From: a bacterium
GTDB taxonomy: Bacteria; Patescibacteriota; Minisyncoccia; Phycocordibacterales; VMGT01
Length of the DNA stretch: 64,000 bases
Assembly (NCBI GenBank): GCA_030697645.1
Contig: JAUYPI010000008.1
Span: forward strand, 4,301 to 68,300
Direction: 5' to 3'
Shown here: piece after piece, positions 48,180 to 56,924 of the stretch
Layout: each line of letters starts with the position of its first letter
How positions within the stretch are numbered: position 1 is the first letter of the stretch
Program-made: the position numbers and the translations under genes
Notes under the pieces: model-generated
What the model was told of the DNA's origin: nothing
The model's database searches: none
What the model saw: the letters and a program-made list of their open reading frames with translations, nothing else

Positions 48180-48524
48180 ATGGGCTCATTACGAACTCCG
48201 GAAGGAAAGGAGAGGTACGAGGAATATTTGTCTCTTGCCGATCTATCGGCCTGCCCGCTTTGTGGGAAGGAGTCGATAGAGACTTTCCAGTTTTGGAAGG
48301 TTACTGAAAATTCTTTCCCGTACGATCTGATTGCCAAGGTGCACCATATGCTGGTGCCAAAACGGCATGCTGTTGAAAACGAGCTGACGCCGGAGGAGTT
48401 GGGTGAGTTGGCAGTGATTAAGGAATCGTTCGTGCACCAGCACTACGAATGGATAGTTGAACCGACGCACCCTAGTAAATCAATCCCGAGCCACTTCCAT
48501 CTCCACCTCATTGTGGGGAAATAG
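48180..48524 (+). CDS. HIT-family protein
   Basis: CPLC, HHMLVPKRH, histidine triad HFHLH. Confidence 0.85.
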   Translation: MGSLRTPEGKERYEEYLSLADLSACPLCGKESIETFQFWKVTENSFPYDLIAKVHHMLVPKRHAVENELTPEELGELAVIKESFVHQHYEWIVEPTHPSKSIPSHFHLHLIVGK

Positions 48525-48753
48525 CTCCATTAGAATTTTCCGCGACCTCGCGCAGGCGAGGGAGGGTCTATTTTGGTTACGTTTCCGTCTCATTCCCCCC
48601 GTTTTTTATACACCAATGCAGATGGAAAAGAAGCTTGACTCTCATCATAACAACAGCAAACCAGCGCTCGGAGCGAAGCGCTGGTTTCGTTTGGGGAAAA
48701 GGCTCACGCCGGAAATTGCCTCTATTCTATAGGCAGCTTCCACTTATACGGCG

Positions 48754-49203
48754 TCATGCGACGCAACCATACATTGAGCTTTTATAGCCTCCCCGGTATC
48801 TTTTATATCTTTGTAAGCACACTCCAGCCGCACGCAGTACCACTGCCACATCAGGTAGAGTATCAGACTCCCATATTCTAAAGAAAGCGGCTCGGGAACA
48901 GAAACGCTGCCAGTGCGTACACCATACCTCTTCGTGCGATGCGGCAAAATAGGACTGCTCCAACAGCTCAACAAATAGATGCCAAGAGGCACGCTTGTGG
49001 GCGTCAAAGAAAAAATGTGCCCGAGATTTCACCAAAGTTTCCACCTCTCTGTCTTCAGGAATGACAATCCACCTCAGCGAAAATTCCTGCACCACCCTTC
49101 TGCCACGGACGTAAAAAACTACAGGCAGTACTGCGGGCAATACCGGGTATCGCTCCGCTACGCAACGGCAGATACCAAATCTCAATTCCCGTATCGATCC
49201 CAT
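48754..49203 (-). CDS. Hypothetical protein
   Basis: 149-aa ORF with AGAGG upstream of ATG; no motif. Confidence 0.35.
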   Translation of the reverse strand: MGSIRELRFGICRCVAERYPVLPAVLPVVFYVRGRRVVQEFSLRWIVIPEDREVETLVKSRAHFFFDAHKRASWHLFVELLEQSYFAASHEEVWCTHWQRFCSRAAFFRIWESDTLPDVAVVLRAAGVCLQRYKRYRGGYKSSMYGCVA

Positions 49204-49347
49204 GACACACCTCTAGGTAAGCGAGACCCCATGGAACAATATCGGTTATTCTCTAAAATGAGACTAGCACATATGCATGGCGCTGGAAAGCGTTTGAGGT
49301 TAAGGGTGTCTTTTGTCAGGAAATTTTCGTGGTACCATAATGACTGT

Positions 49348-49986
49348 ATGAAAAAGACGCCTCTGGCTCTTGGTACTTTTGCTTTTGTTCTGCTTTTCAT
49401 AATCGGCTCTATTTTTTCTCTCCTGTGGTTCTTTAAACCTGGGCCGGAAATCCGCAATTATCCTTCGGCAGGGAAAGATATTATTGCATTTGGGGACAGT
49501 TTGGTGGAAGGGATCGGCTCGACCGCGGGCGGGGGTTTTGTACCTATTCTCTCGGAACGGATCGGGCGCAGGATTGTGAATCTCGGCCGCTCCGGGGACA
49601 CAACGGCTTCCGGTCTTGCTCGTGTGGAGGAAATTTTCCGCTACGACCCTCAAGTGGTCATACTCGTTCTCGGTGGCAATGACTTTTTGCGGAAAATAGC
49701 CCAAGAGACCACGTTCGCCAACCTTGAGCGCATCATAGAGCGTGTCCAGGAAAAGGGCGCCATAGTGTTATTGCTCGGTGTTAAGGGCACGCTTCTCGGC
49801 GATAAGGCGGAGTCATATTTCAAGGAACTCTCGGAGCGTCGAGGCACTGCGTATGTGCCCAATATTCTAGACGGTATTTTTGGGAAGCCGGGTTTGATGT
49901 ATGACAGCATTCATCCGAATGATGCGGGCTATACGCGTATCGCGGACAGACTATACCCGGAACTTAAAAAACTTATAGATAGTTGA
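49348..49986 (+). CDS. SGNH/GDSL hydrolase (arylesterase-like)
   Basis: FGDSL, GRSGDTT, LGGND, DSIHPN; N-terminal TM. Confidence 0.92.
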   Translation: MKKTPLALGTFAFVLLFIIGSIFSLLWFFKPGPEIRNYPSAGKDIIAFGDSLVEGIGSTAGGGFVPILSERIGRRIVNLGRSGDTTASGLARVEEIFRYDPQVVILVLGGNDFLRKIAQETTFANLERIIERVQEKGAIVLLLGVKGTLLGDKAESYFKELSERRGTAYVPNILDGIFGKPGLMYDSIHPNDAGYTRIADRLYPELKKLIDS

Positions 49987-50058
49987 ACGCCTTCTCGGAT
50001 ATTGTCGAGGTGGGGATAGCGTTGTTGCTCGAAGTTTTGCGGCTGGTTCCGTGTCGAT

Positions 50059-51342
50059 TCACTCCGGCAGAGCCTCGAGGGTGACTCGGACGATTTTTTC
50101 TTCGCCGCGGTGGAGAATGACAAGCGTGACGCTCTCGCCGACGTTTTTGCGCCGAATCGCCGAGGCGAGCGAGTGATTCTCGTCGAGCTTGACGCCGTCA
50201 ATTGTGAGAATGATGTCGTTTTCGACGATGCCGGCTTTGTCCGCAGGGGAGCCGGGCATCACCGCAAGCTCCTCGCGGCCCTCGCCTCGTCCGACAAGCG
50301 CGCCGTAATCTACCGTGAGATTATTCGCTTGCTTGATGCGCTCGGTTATCATCGTGTAACGCACGCCAAGGTACGGCCGCACGATCTTTCCGGTCGTCTT
50401 CACCGACTCGACGACGCTTGCGACCGTGTTTGAAGGAAGGGCAAAACCGATATTCTCCGAGCCCTGCGCGACGGCGACGTTGACGCCGATGACCAAACCG
50501 CCAAGGTTGAGCAGGGGGCCTCCGGAGTTGCCTGGGTTGATCGCGGCGTCGGTCTGGATCACTTCCTCAAGGAGCTCGAAGCGGCCTCGGGAGTCACCGG
50601 CGACAATCGAGCGCGCGAGACCCGAGATGACGCCGACTGAGACGGTGTTGCGAAACTCGCCGAGCGCGTTTCCGATCGCGATCACCTTCTGGCCGACGTC
50701 GAGCACCGCGGAGTCGCCAAAGGATAGGGCAGGGAATGAGCCGCCGCCCTTGAGACGAATCACAGCGATGTCGAGCATCGGGTCTTTTGCCACGACCTCG
50801 ACGTCGTATTTTTTGCCGTCGTTGGTGAAGGCGGTATAGGAGGCGTTTGTGTCCTCGACTACGTGGCGGTTCGTCACGGCAAGCCCGTCCGTCCCGATGA
50901 TGAAGCCCGAGCCGCTCCCGATATCCCTGCGCTCGGTTCCGCGCTCGCGCAAACGCGGCATCTGGAAGCCGCCCCCGAAGTTATCGCCGAAGAAATCAAA
51001 AAACGGATCCTCTTCAAAGTATTGCTCAATAATGGGAACATCTTTGCTGACCACGATCGAGATCACCGCAGGAGACGCGCGTTTGACGGCGCTGATCACA
51101 CGTTCTTCTTCGCTCTGGAGCGCTTTGGCAAAACCGCTACGCTCGACTGGGGCCCCACTCGTTGAAGTTGCGGTCGCGTCGCCATCTTCGCCACCTGCTT
51201 CTTCGAGGATCTCCGACGCGAAGTAGTTAAAAATTGCGCCCCGGTTAAGATAAACGTATCCGCCGAGCGCCGCGAGGACGATTCCGAGCACCAAGGCACT
51301 CGTCGCAGCGCTCACGAGAATGGTTTTTTTGTAGTAGGACAT
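50059..51342 (-). CDS. htrA: HtrA/DegP-like serine protease with PDZ domain
   Basis: GSGFI, TNRHV, DIAV, QTDAAINPGNSGGPL, PDZ. Confidence 0.95.
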   Translation of the reverse strand: MSYYKKTILVSAATSALVLGIVLAALGGYVYLNRGAIFNYFASEILEEAGGEDGDATATSTSGAPVERSGFAKALQSEEERVISAVKRASPAVISIVVSKDVPIIEQYFEEDPFFDFFGDNFGGGFQMPRLRERGTERRDIGSGSGFIIGTDGLAVTNRHVVEDTNASYTAFTNDGKKYDVEVVAKDPMLDIAVIRLKGGGSFPALSFGDSAVLDVGQKVIAIGNALGEFRNTVSVGVISGLARSIVAGDSRGRFELLEEVIQTDAAINPGNSGGPLLNLGGLVIGVNVAVAQGSENIGFALPSNTVASVVESVKTTGKIVRPYLGVRYTMITERIKQANNLTVDYGALVGRGEGREELAVMPGSPADKAGIVENDIILTIDGVKLDENHSLASAIRRKNVGESVTLVILHRGEEKIVRVTLEALPE

Positions 51343-51497
51343 ACTCACTGCCTTTTATGCGTGGATTATATACCGGCCTTTTTGTTGCTCGCAAGTCAAA
51401 ACAGAGGTCGCCCCAGCGTGAATATTTTTATACAGCAGCCCCGCGTGCATGCACGCGGGGCTTAATAATGTAGCGGGGTTCTACGTTCATGTCGGCG

Positions 51498-52310
51498 TTA
51501 CCGAAAAGGACAGCTCGTGCCATCCTGGGGTTTATAGCCAAGCGTGCGCTCGGCGTCCGAGATGTTGAACGGGTTGCAGGCGTTGTCGGAGACGGTGAAG
51601 AATGTCGAGAATGACCGGAGGTTCTTCGCCGAAAGGCATCGCTCAATAAACTGAACGCAATCACGGTGCGAGAGGTAAAACGGGTATTCGCTCTGAGCCG
51701 CGTTGTCGTCCGGACGGACGTTGCCGAAGCGAACGGCGATTGCAGTGAGCGCGCCGCCTGCTTCCGCTGCCGCCGCGCGGGCTGCTTCCTCCATCCAGAC
51801 TTTCGTTGCGCCGTAGAGCCCTGAGGCCGCGGGGCCATCCGAGACCCTGATTTTGGTTTTGCGGTGGAAAGCGCCGTGTCGGTCTTTCTCACGGATACTT
51901 GCCGGATACTCGTAGCCGCCGAGGTGGCCGATTGCGGCATGCACACTGCTGGCGAGGATGAGGCGTGGCACCTTATGCGTCGTCGTTGCCATGAGCACTG
52001 TCCGTACCATGCGCTCATTCATCTCGTGCGCGTCCCACGTCGCATAGTCAAGCCGACCGGGTAGGCCACCACCACCCTCGCGTATATTCCACGCAAGGTG
52101 GATGATAGCGTCTGGCTCTGTCTCTGCGACAAGCGTCTTGAAGCGCACTGCTTCATGCACGAGGTTGAGCGCTATGCATTGCTCGTCGTCTTTGCCGAGC
52201 CTAGCCCCATAATATTCAGAATCAACACCAACAATCTCGTATCGGGTCGTGAGCCCGCGCACGAGGACTCTCCCGATCGTTCCTGCTGAACCGGTGATAA
52301 TGATTCGCAT
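51498..52310 (-). CDS. NAD-dependent epimerase/dehydratase (uronate dehydrogenase-like)
   Basis: ITGSAGTIG, IHLA, ASS, YGATK. Confidence 0.88.
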   Translation of the reverse strand: MRIIITGSAGTIGRVLVRGLTTRYEIVGVDSEYYGARLGKDDEQCIALNLVHEAVRFKTLVAETEPDAIIHLAWNIREGGGGLPGRLDYATWDAHEMNERMVRTVLMATTTHKVPRLILASSVHAAIGHLGGYEYPASIREKDRHGAFHRKTKIRVSDGPAASGLYGATKVWMEEAARAAAAEAGGALTAIAVRFGNVRPDDNAAQSEYPFYLSHRDCVQFIERCLSAKNLRSFSTFFTVSDNACNPFNISDAERTLGYKPQDGTSCPFR

Positions 52311-52406
52311 ACTCCTATTCCTTTCCGCCATTCTAGCATGTTTCGGCCGGCACCATTGTTGGTGCCGCCCGAAACTCTGGCTCCGCGATGGCCGTACTTC
52401 TACGGG

Positions 52407-52997
52407 CTACTTGCTGCGCGCACGCCGTATACTCGCGATAGTACACAGCCCTTCGCAGAGGAGCTTGGCGAGCTCTTTTGGCAGCTCTTTTGCAAGAGAG
52501 CGCCAGGAAAGTTTCGTACGGGCCATGGAGACACGGATCGGCCGGTGAAAAATGATGAACGCAGCAAGCCATACGCGTGGCGCGTGCCACCACGAGGTCA
52601 CGATCCGAACGCGTATGCTTTTTTCGCCGCCCCACCGTAAGCGTCTGTCCCACCGCTCCACTTGTCTGATCGCGAGAAGCTCCGTGCGGGTGTTGTTGCC
52701 TTTCGGATTTTTTATGATCTGGAGCGGCTCCCACGCGCGATTGATCAGCCACCGCTCGGCGAGATCTGCGAGTGTTTGCTCGCCGAACGGCTCGCCATAG
52801 CGATGCGGTATGGCGGCCCCGAGCAGGATCCAGACGCTATCACGCCTATCGCCAATTTTCTTCGCGAGCCGGAATGCTTTTTCGCATCGGCTCCCTCCCT
52901 CCGGATCCGGTACTGGAATTTCTCTGTCTCGCCCAAACGCCATTGGTACGATAAACCAGCGCTTCTGTGCCACGCGCACTTCCTTCACTGTTTGCAT
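52407..52997 (-). CDS. YdcF/DUF218-like protein
   Basis: NTRTE and IVTSWWHAPR..KE pattern. Confidence 0.65.
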   Translation of the reverse strand: MQTVKEVRVAQKRWFIVPMAFGRDREIPVPDPEGGSRCEKAFRLAKKIGDRRDSVWILLGAAIPHRYGEPFGEQTLADLAERWLINRAWEPLQIIKNPKGNNTRTELLAIRQVERWDRRLRWGGEKSIRVRIVTSWWHAPRVWLAAFIIFHRPIRVSMARTKLSWRSLAKELPKELAKLLCEGLCTIASIRRARSK

Positions 52998-53052
52998 CTA
53001 CTACCCTCCAGGGAAGACATTTGCCAAGGAACAACCCGTGTCAATCGAATCA

Positions 53053-54078
53053 TTAAATTTTATCTGCGTCAAATTTCAAAACAACGAGCGTCCGGTCGTG
53101 GGAGTAGAGAGCGCCGTTTTCGTGCGCTTTTTCCTCACTGAAGTGATGGAGTTCTTTTTTTAGATTGTGGGGCCAGCGGCGGAAAAGGTCGATGAATTCT
53201 GGGAGGTCGAAGTAACGCTCGAAGCCATCGGTATAGAGAAAGACAAGGTCGCCTGGCGCGACTCTGAGCGTGCCGGTGTTAAGGTAGGGCTCCGCGGCGT
53301 CCTCGCCAGTCGCGACGCCGTAGCCGATGAGTTCGCCTTTCGGCCCCAAGCCGTTGCGGTAGAGGCGGCGGAGTTCTTTTTTGCGCTCTTCTTCCGGCCG
53401 TGATTCCCAGTCTTTGGGAAAGCAGCGGCGCTCGGGAGTACTCGGCCAGCATTCGGGAGAGCGGAATTTGAGGGAGCCATGTGAGTCGTAGTGCGCGACA
53501 AAGCTGTCGCAAATTGAGGCCCAGTAAAGTAACCGTTTACTGTTTCCTGATCGGTGGACATCGGATGTCCACCGACGTGGCGGTGCGAGAATCGCAAAAG
53601 CAGCCGTCGTGGTGAAGAGATCTTTTCCCCAGTAGTCGAGCGCGCCGGGGACTCTACCTCGGGAGTGATTGTACTCGCTCACGGCTGCATTTCCAGCGCG
53701 AAAGATGGCGGGGAGGTCGCTTGTGCTAAAATGTTTATATCGCCGCCGCGCGCTCTTGAGCGCGTCCATACAAAAGAGGCGGGCCGCACGAGCGGCTCCG
53801 GAGGGCAGGGGATAGGTGCCGTCCGGATTGAACTCAAGCGTCACTCCGTCGGCAACCACAAAAATCGGGCGGCGCGGGTCGGCGAGCAGGAAGTCTTCAT
53901 TCGGGTGCGCGAGCGCCTCGAGTCGGTCGAGATTATGGTGAAGTTTCTCCTCGATAAAGTGATCGAGCGCGTGCGCAAGCGGAGCAAAGAAGCGCGTTAC
54001 GCTCCGGTGCTCTCGTATGAACGAAGCGACAGCGTTCGCGGGGAGCGGGGCGCGAAAGGTAATGATACGATAGCGCAT
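53053..54078 (-). CDS. PP2C-family phosphatase-like protein
   Basis: NED, VVADGV, YTDG, DRT acidic metal-binding motifs. Confidence 0.8.
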   Translation of the reverse strand: MRYRIITFRAPLPANAVASFIREHRSVTRFFAPLAHALDHFIEEKLHHNLDRLEALAHPNEDFLLADPRRPIFVVADGVTLEFNPDGTYPLPSGAARAARLFCMDALKSARRRYKHFSTSDLPAIFRAGNAAVSEYNHSRGRVPGALDYWGKDLFTTTAAFAILAPPRRWTSDVHRSGNSKRLLYWASICDSFVAHYDSHGSLKFRSPECWPSTPERRCFPKDWESRPEEERKKELRRLYRNGLGPKGELIGYGVATGEDAAEPYLNTGTLRVAPGDLVFLYTDGFERYFDLPEFIDLFRRWPHNLKKELHHFSEEKAHENGALYSHDRTLVVLKFDADKI

Positions 54079-54269
54079 GAACCTTATCGTATCAGGCGGC
54101 CGCTTCATTTTTTCTTGTCAGACAGCATATAAAGCCTTGCGTCAAGTGTTTTTTCTTTTTGTGGTTGTGCACTATACTTAATACTTATGAGTAATAATGA
54201 GTCCAGCAGTGTGCAACGAGCAACTTTTTCTTGGTAACTGTTTGCCGCTGACCGAGACAGTTTTTATTT

Positions 54270-56711
54270 ATGTCAGACGACACAGGAGAAAATTTCTCTT
54301 CACTAGAGAGCGATAGCGGGGCGCAGTCTCACAGAAAACGAGATGGCTTTTTGTCGCGCCTACCATTTTGGTCTCTGGTGGGGCTTACGTTTCTGCTGCC
54401 GGTTTTTTTCCTCCCCTCGCCCGCGTCCCACTTTCAGCTCACGAAGGTAGTCCTGCTCGCGGTGTTTGTTGTCGGAGCATTGGTCATGTGGATTGTGGGG
54501 CGTCTCCGCACCGCGGAGGTGACCCTCCCCCGCGTTCTATTCTTCTATGCGCTGCTCTTCCTTCCGATTGTCTCGCTCCTTTCAGCCGTTTGGGCGCGTT
54601 CATTCAGTACCGCGCTTTTTGGCGGTGGGTTTGAGACGGATACGGTCGCGTTCCTCCTGCTATGCGCGCTGTTTACATTGGTCACCGCGGTCTCCGTGCG
54701 TACCCGCGAACACGCCATTAAAATCTATGCAGCGCTGCTCGCTTCGTTTTTTGTCGTCGCGCTCTTTCAGATGGCTCGACTCTCCTTCGGGTTTGATACG
54801 CTCGCTTTCAGCGGCACGTTTACGACGAGCATTGCGAATCTTATCGGCAAATGGAATGATCTCGGCATTTTTTTTGGGCTCATCGCGATCCTCACGCTCA
54901 CATCGCTCGAGTTTCTGACCGTGCGTCCGTTGGTCCGCGTCCTGCTCTCGATCCTGCTTGCGTTCGCGCTGTTTCTGCTTGCGGTGGTGAATTTCCTTGC
55001 GGTCTGGACCGTGCTCGGTGCTCTTGCAATCGTTTTCGCCGTGTACCGATTTTCACTGAGGCGCGGCGTCCGCAGAGCCGCGCGAGCGAGCGAGGGTAAG
55101 AGCGAGGCGCCCCGACTTGCGGACATTCGCCGCGAGCTGCCGATCGCGACACTTGCGGTACTTGTGGTAGCATCGGTCTTTATCTTTACCGGAAATATGG
55201 ACGATAACCGGCTCGGCTCGGCGATCTCATCCGCGTTCAAGGTCGTGCACCTTGAGGCACGGCCGTCCTGGACCTCAACGCTCGCTGTTGCGCGGCAGAC
55301 GCTCCTGGCGCACCCGATACTCGGCGTCGGGCCGAACCACTTCCTCGCCGAGTGGCACAGGCTTAAGCCCGAAGGCATCAACAGCACTCCATTCTGGGCC
55401 GTCGACTTCTCGCTTGGTGTTGGACTTCTGCCGACGATGCTGATTACCACCGGGCTCCTCGGCGCTGCCGTGCTTCTCACTGTGCTTATCGGATTTTGCT
55501 ACCATGGTTTTCGAGCTCTCTTTGTGCTGCGCGAGGATCCTCTCGGTTTCTATCTCCTGGTTTCATCCTTTGTCGGCGCGCTTTACGGCTGGATCATTCT
55601 CGTGATCTATGTGCCAAGCCCGCCGACGGTCGCGCTCACATTCCTTTTCACCGGACTTTTTCTTGCGGTACTTGTGTCTGAGAAGATGCTCGGGGAGCGC
55701 ACGATCAGTTTTTTGAGCCCGAGGGCGAGCCTCGTAGGCGCAACGATACTGGTCTCACTCGGGATTGTCAGTCTCGTTGGCGTTGGTGCCTATGCAAAAC
55801 GTGCTCTCGCGATGTACTACTATCAACGGGCGACGATCGTCCGTGCCGCCGGTGCGGGCGTTGAGGAAACTGACGCACCCCTCACTCGTGCCCGAAAAAT
55901 TCACGCTTTTACGATCATAGATCGCGCTCGCGCGCAGCTCGGGCTTGCGGCGCTCTCGGAGCTCCTCGCTCGTGAAGAGATCAATACCGACGCGGGGAGA
56001 GAGGCATTTCGCGCGACGCTCGGCACTACTATAGACCGCGCGCGCGCGGCTATGGAGCGCAATGAATACGAATACCAGAACTGGCTTGTGCTCGGCGATG
56101 TCTATACGAGCATTGTGCCGCTCAAGATTGAAGGTGCGTACGGGCAGGCGAAGGATGCCTATGATCGGGCTCGTGCCCTGAATCCGACACATCCGGCGAT
56201 CCTCCTTGCTCTAGCGCGGCTCGAGGCGGCACGAGGGGAAAACGGCTCGGCGCGGGATCTCGTCAAGGATGCGCTCAATATGAAAAATAATTACTCAGAA
56301 GCCATCTTTTTCCTCTCGCAACTCGATATCGCCGCAGGCAATCTCGACGAGGCTCTCAAGAGCGTCGAATCCGCCTCACTCCTTGAGCCGAACAACCCCC
56401 TTATCTTCTTCCAACTCGGGCTTCTGCGCTACAATGGAGAATCATGGGATAACGCGATTGCCGCCTTCGAGCGTGCGGTCTTGCTCAATGACGTGTATGC
56501 AAATGCGCGCTACTTCCTTGGCCTCTCGTATGCAAGAGTGGGCCGCACCGCCGACGCCCTTACGCAGTTTGAGGTCGTCGCGCGGTACAATCCGGACAAC
56601 GCGGAAGTGAAAACGGTTGTGGCCAATTTGCGTGCGGGCCGCGAACCGTTCGCGGGTGCCGACGTTAAGCCGCCGGAGGAGCGGGAGGAGCTGCCGATTG
56701 CGGAAGAGTAA
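54270..56711 (+). CDS. Multi-pass membrane protein (O-antigen ligase-like) with C-terminal TPRs
   Basis: About 12 TMs, PILGVGPNHF loop, TPR-like repeats. Confidence 0.8.
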   Translation: MSDDTGENFSSLESDSGAQSHRKRDGFLSRLPFWSLVGLTFLLPVFFLPSPASHFQLTKVVLLAVFVVGALVMWIVGRLRTAEVTLPRVLFFYALLFLPIVSLLSAVWARSFSTALFGGGFETDTVAFLLLCALFTLVTAVSVRTREHAIKIYAALLASFFVVALFQMARLSFGFDTLAFSGTFTTSIANLIGKWNDLGIFFGLIAILTLTSLEFLTVRPLVRVLLSILLAFALFLLAVVNFLAVWTVLGALAIVFAVYRFSLRRGVRRAARASEGKSEAPRLADIRRELPIATLAVLVVASVFIFTGNMDDNRLGSAISSAFKVVHLEARPSWTSTLAVARQTLLAHPILGVGPNHFLAEWHRLKPEGINSTPFWAVDFSLGVGLLPTMLITTGLLGAAVLLTVLIGFCYHGFRALFVLREDPLGFYLLVSSFVGALYGWIILVIYVPSPPTVALTFLFTGLFLAVLVSEKMLGERTISFLSPRASLVGATILVSLGIVSLVGVGAYAKRALAMYYYQRATIVRAAGAGVEETDAPLTRARKIHAFTIIDRARAQLGLAALSELLAREEINTDAGREAFRATLGTTIDRARAAMERNEYEYQNWLVLGDVYTSIVPLKIEGAYGQAKDAYDRARALNPTHPAILLALARLEAARGENGSARDLVKDALNMKNNYSEAIFFLSQLDIAAGNLDEALKSVESASLLEPNNPLIFFQLGLLRYNGESWDNAIAAFERAVLLNDVYANARYFLGLSYARVGRTADALTQFEVVARYNPDNAEVKTVVANLRAGREPFAGADVKPPEEREELPIAEE

Positions 56712-56720
56712 AGGTTCACG

Positions 56721-56882
56721 AATTTCCAATTTCCAAATTCACAATTTCCAAATAATTTCCAAAACTTCAAGTTCCAATTTCCAAACACGACGCGGCTACT
56801 CGTAATGGTAGTGGTGTTTGGGATTTAATTTTTTGGAATTTGAGATTTGTTTGGAAATTGGTTACTTGGAAATTGGAAATTT
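56721..56882. repeat. Heptamer fold-back element, family A variant (AATTTCC)n/(GGAAATT)n
   Basis: Core AAACACGACG at 56783-56792; degenerate relative at about 7234-7333. Confidence 0.9.
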
Positions 56883-56924
56883 AGATACTCGGTGGTGTTT
56901 GAATTCTCCAACGGGCAACCACGT

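Noticed and set aside
42300-49300. attL/attR duplication of the tRNA-Gln 3' end and an integrase bounding the island
   Set aside because: No repeat of the tRNA 3' end or integrase found by eye, so island status rests only on position and gene content.
48979-49347. N-terminal extension of the GDSL ORF
   Set aside because: Non-protein-like sequence overlapping a reverse ORF; the TM-led start at 49348 is more plausible.
2621-56882. Heptamer arrays as CRISPR arrays
   Set aside because: No constant 23-47-bp repeats with unique spacers; arrays are inverted 7-mers; no cas genes in the window.
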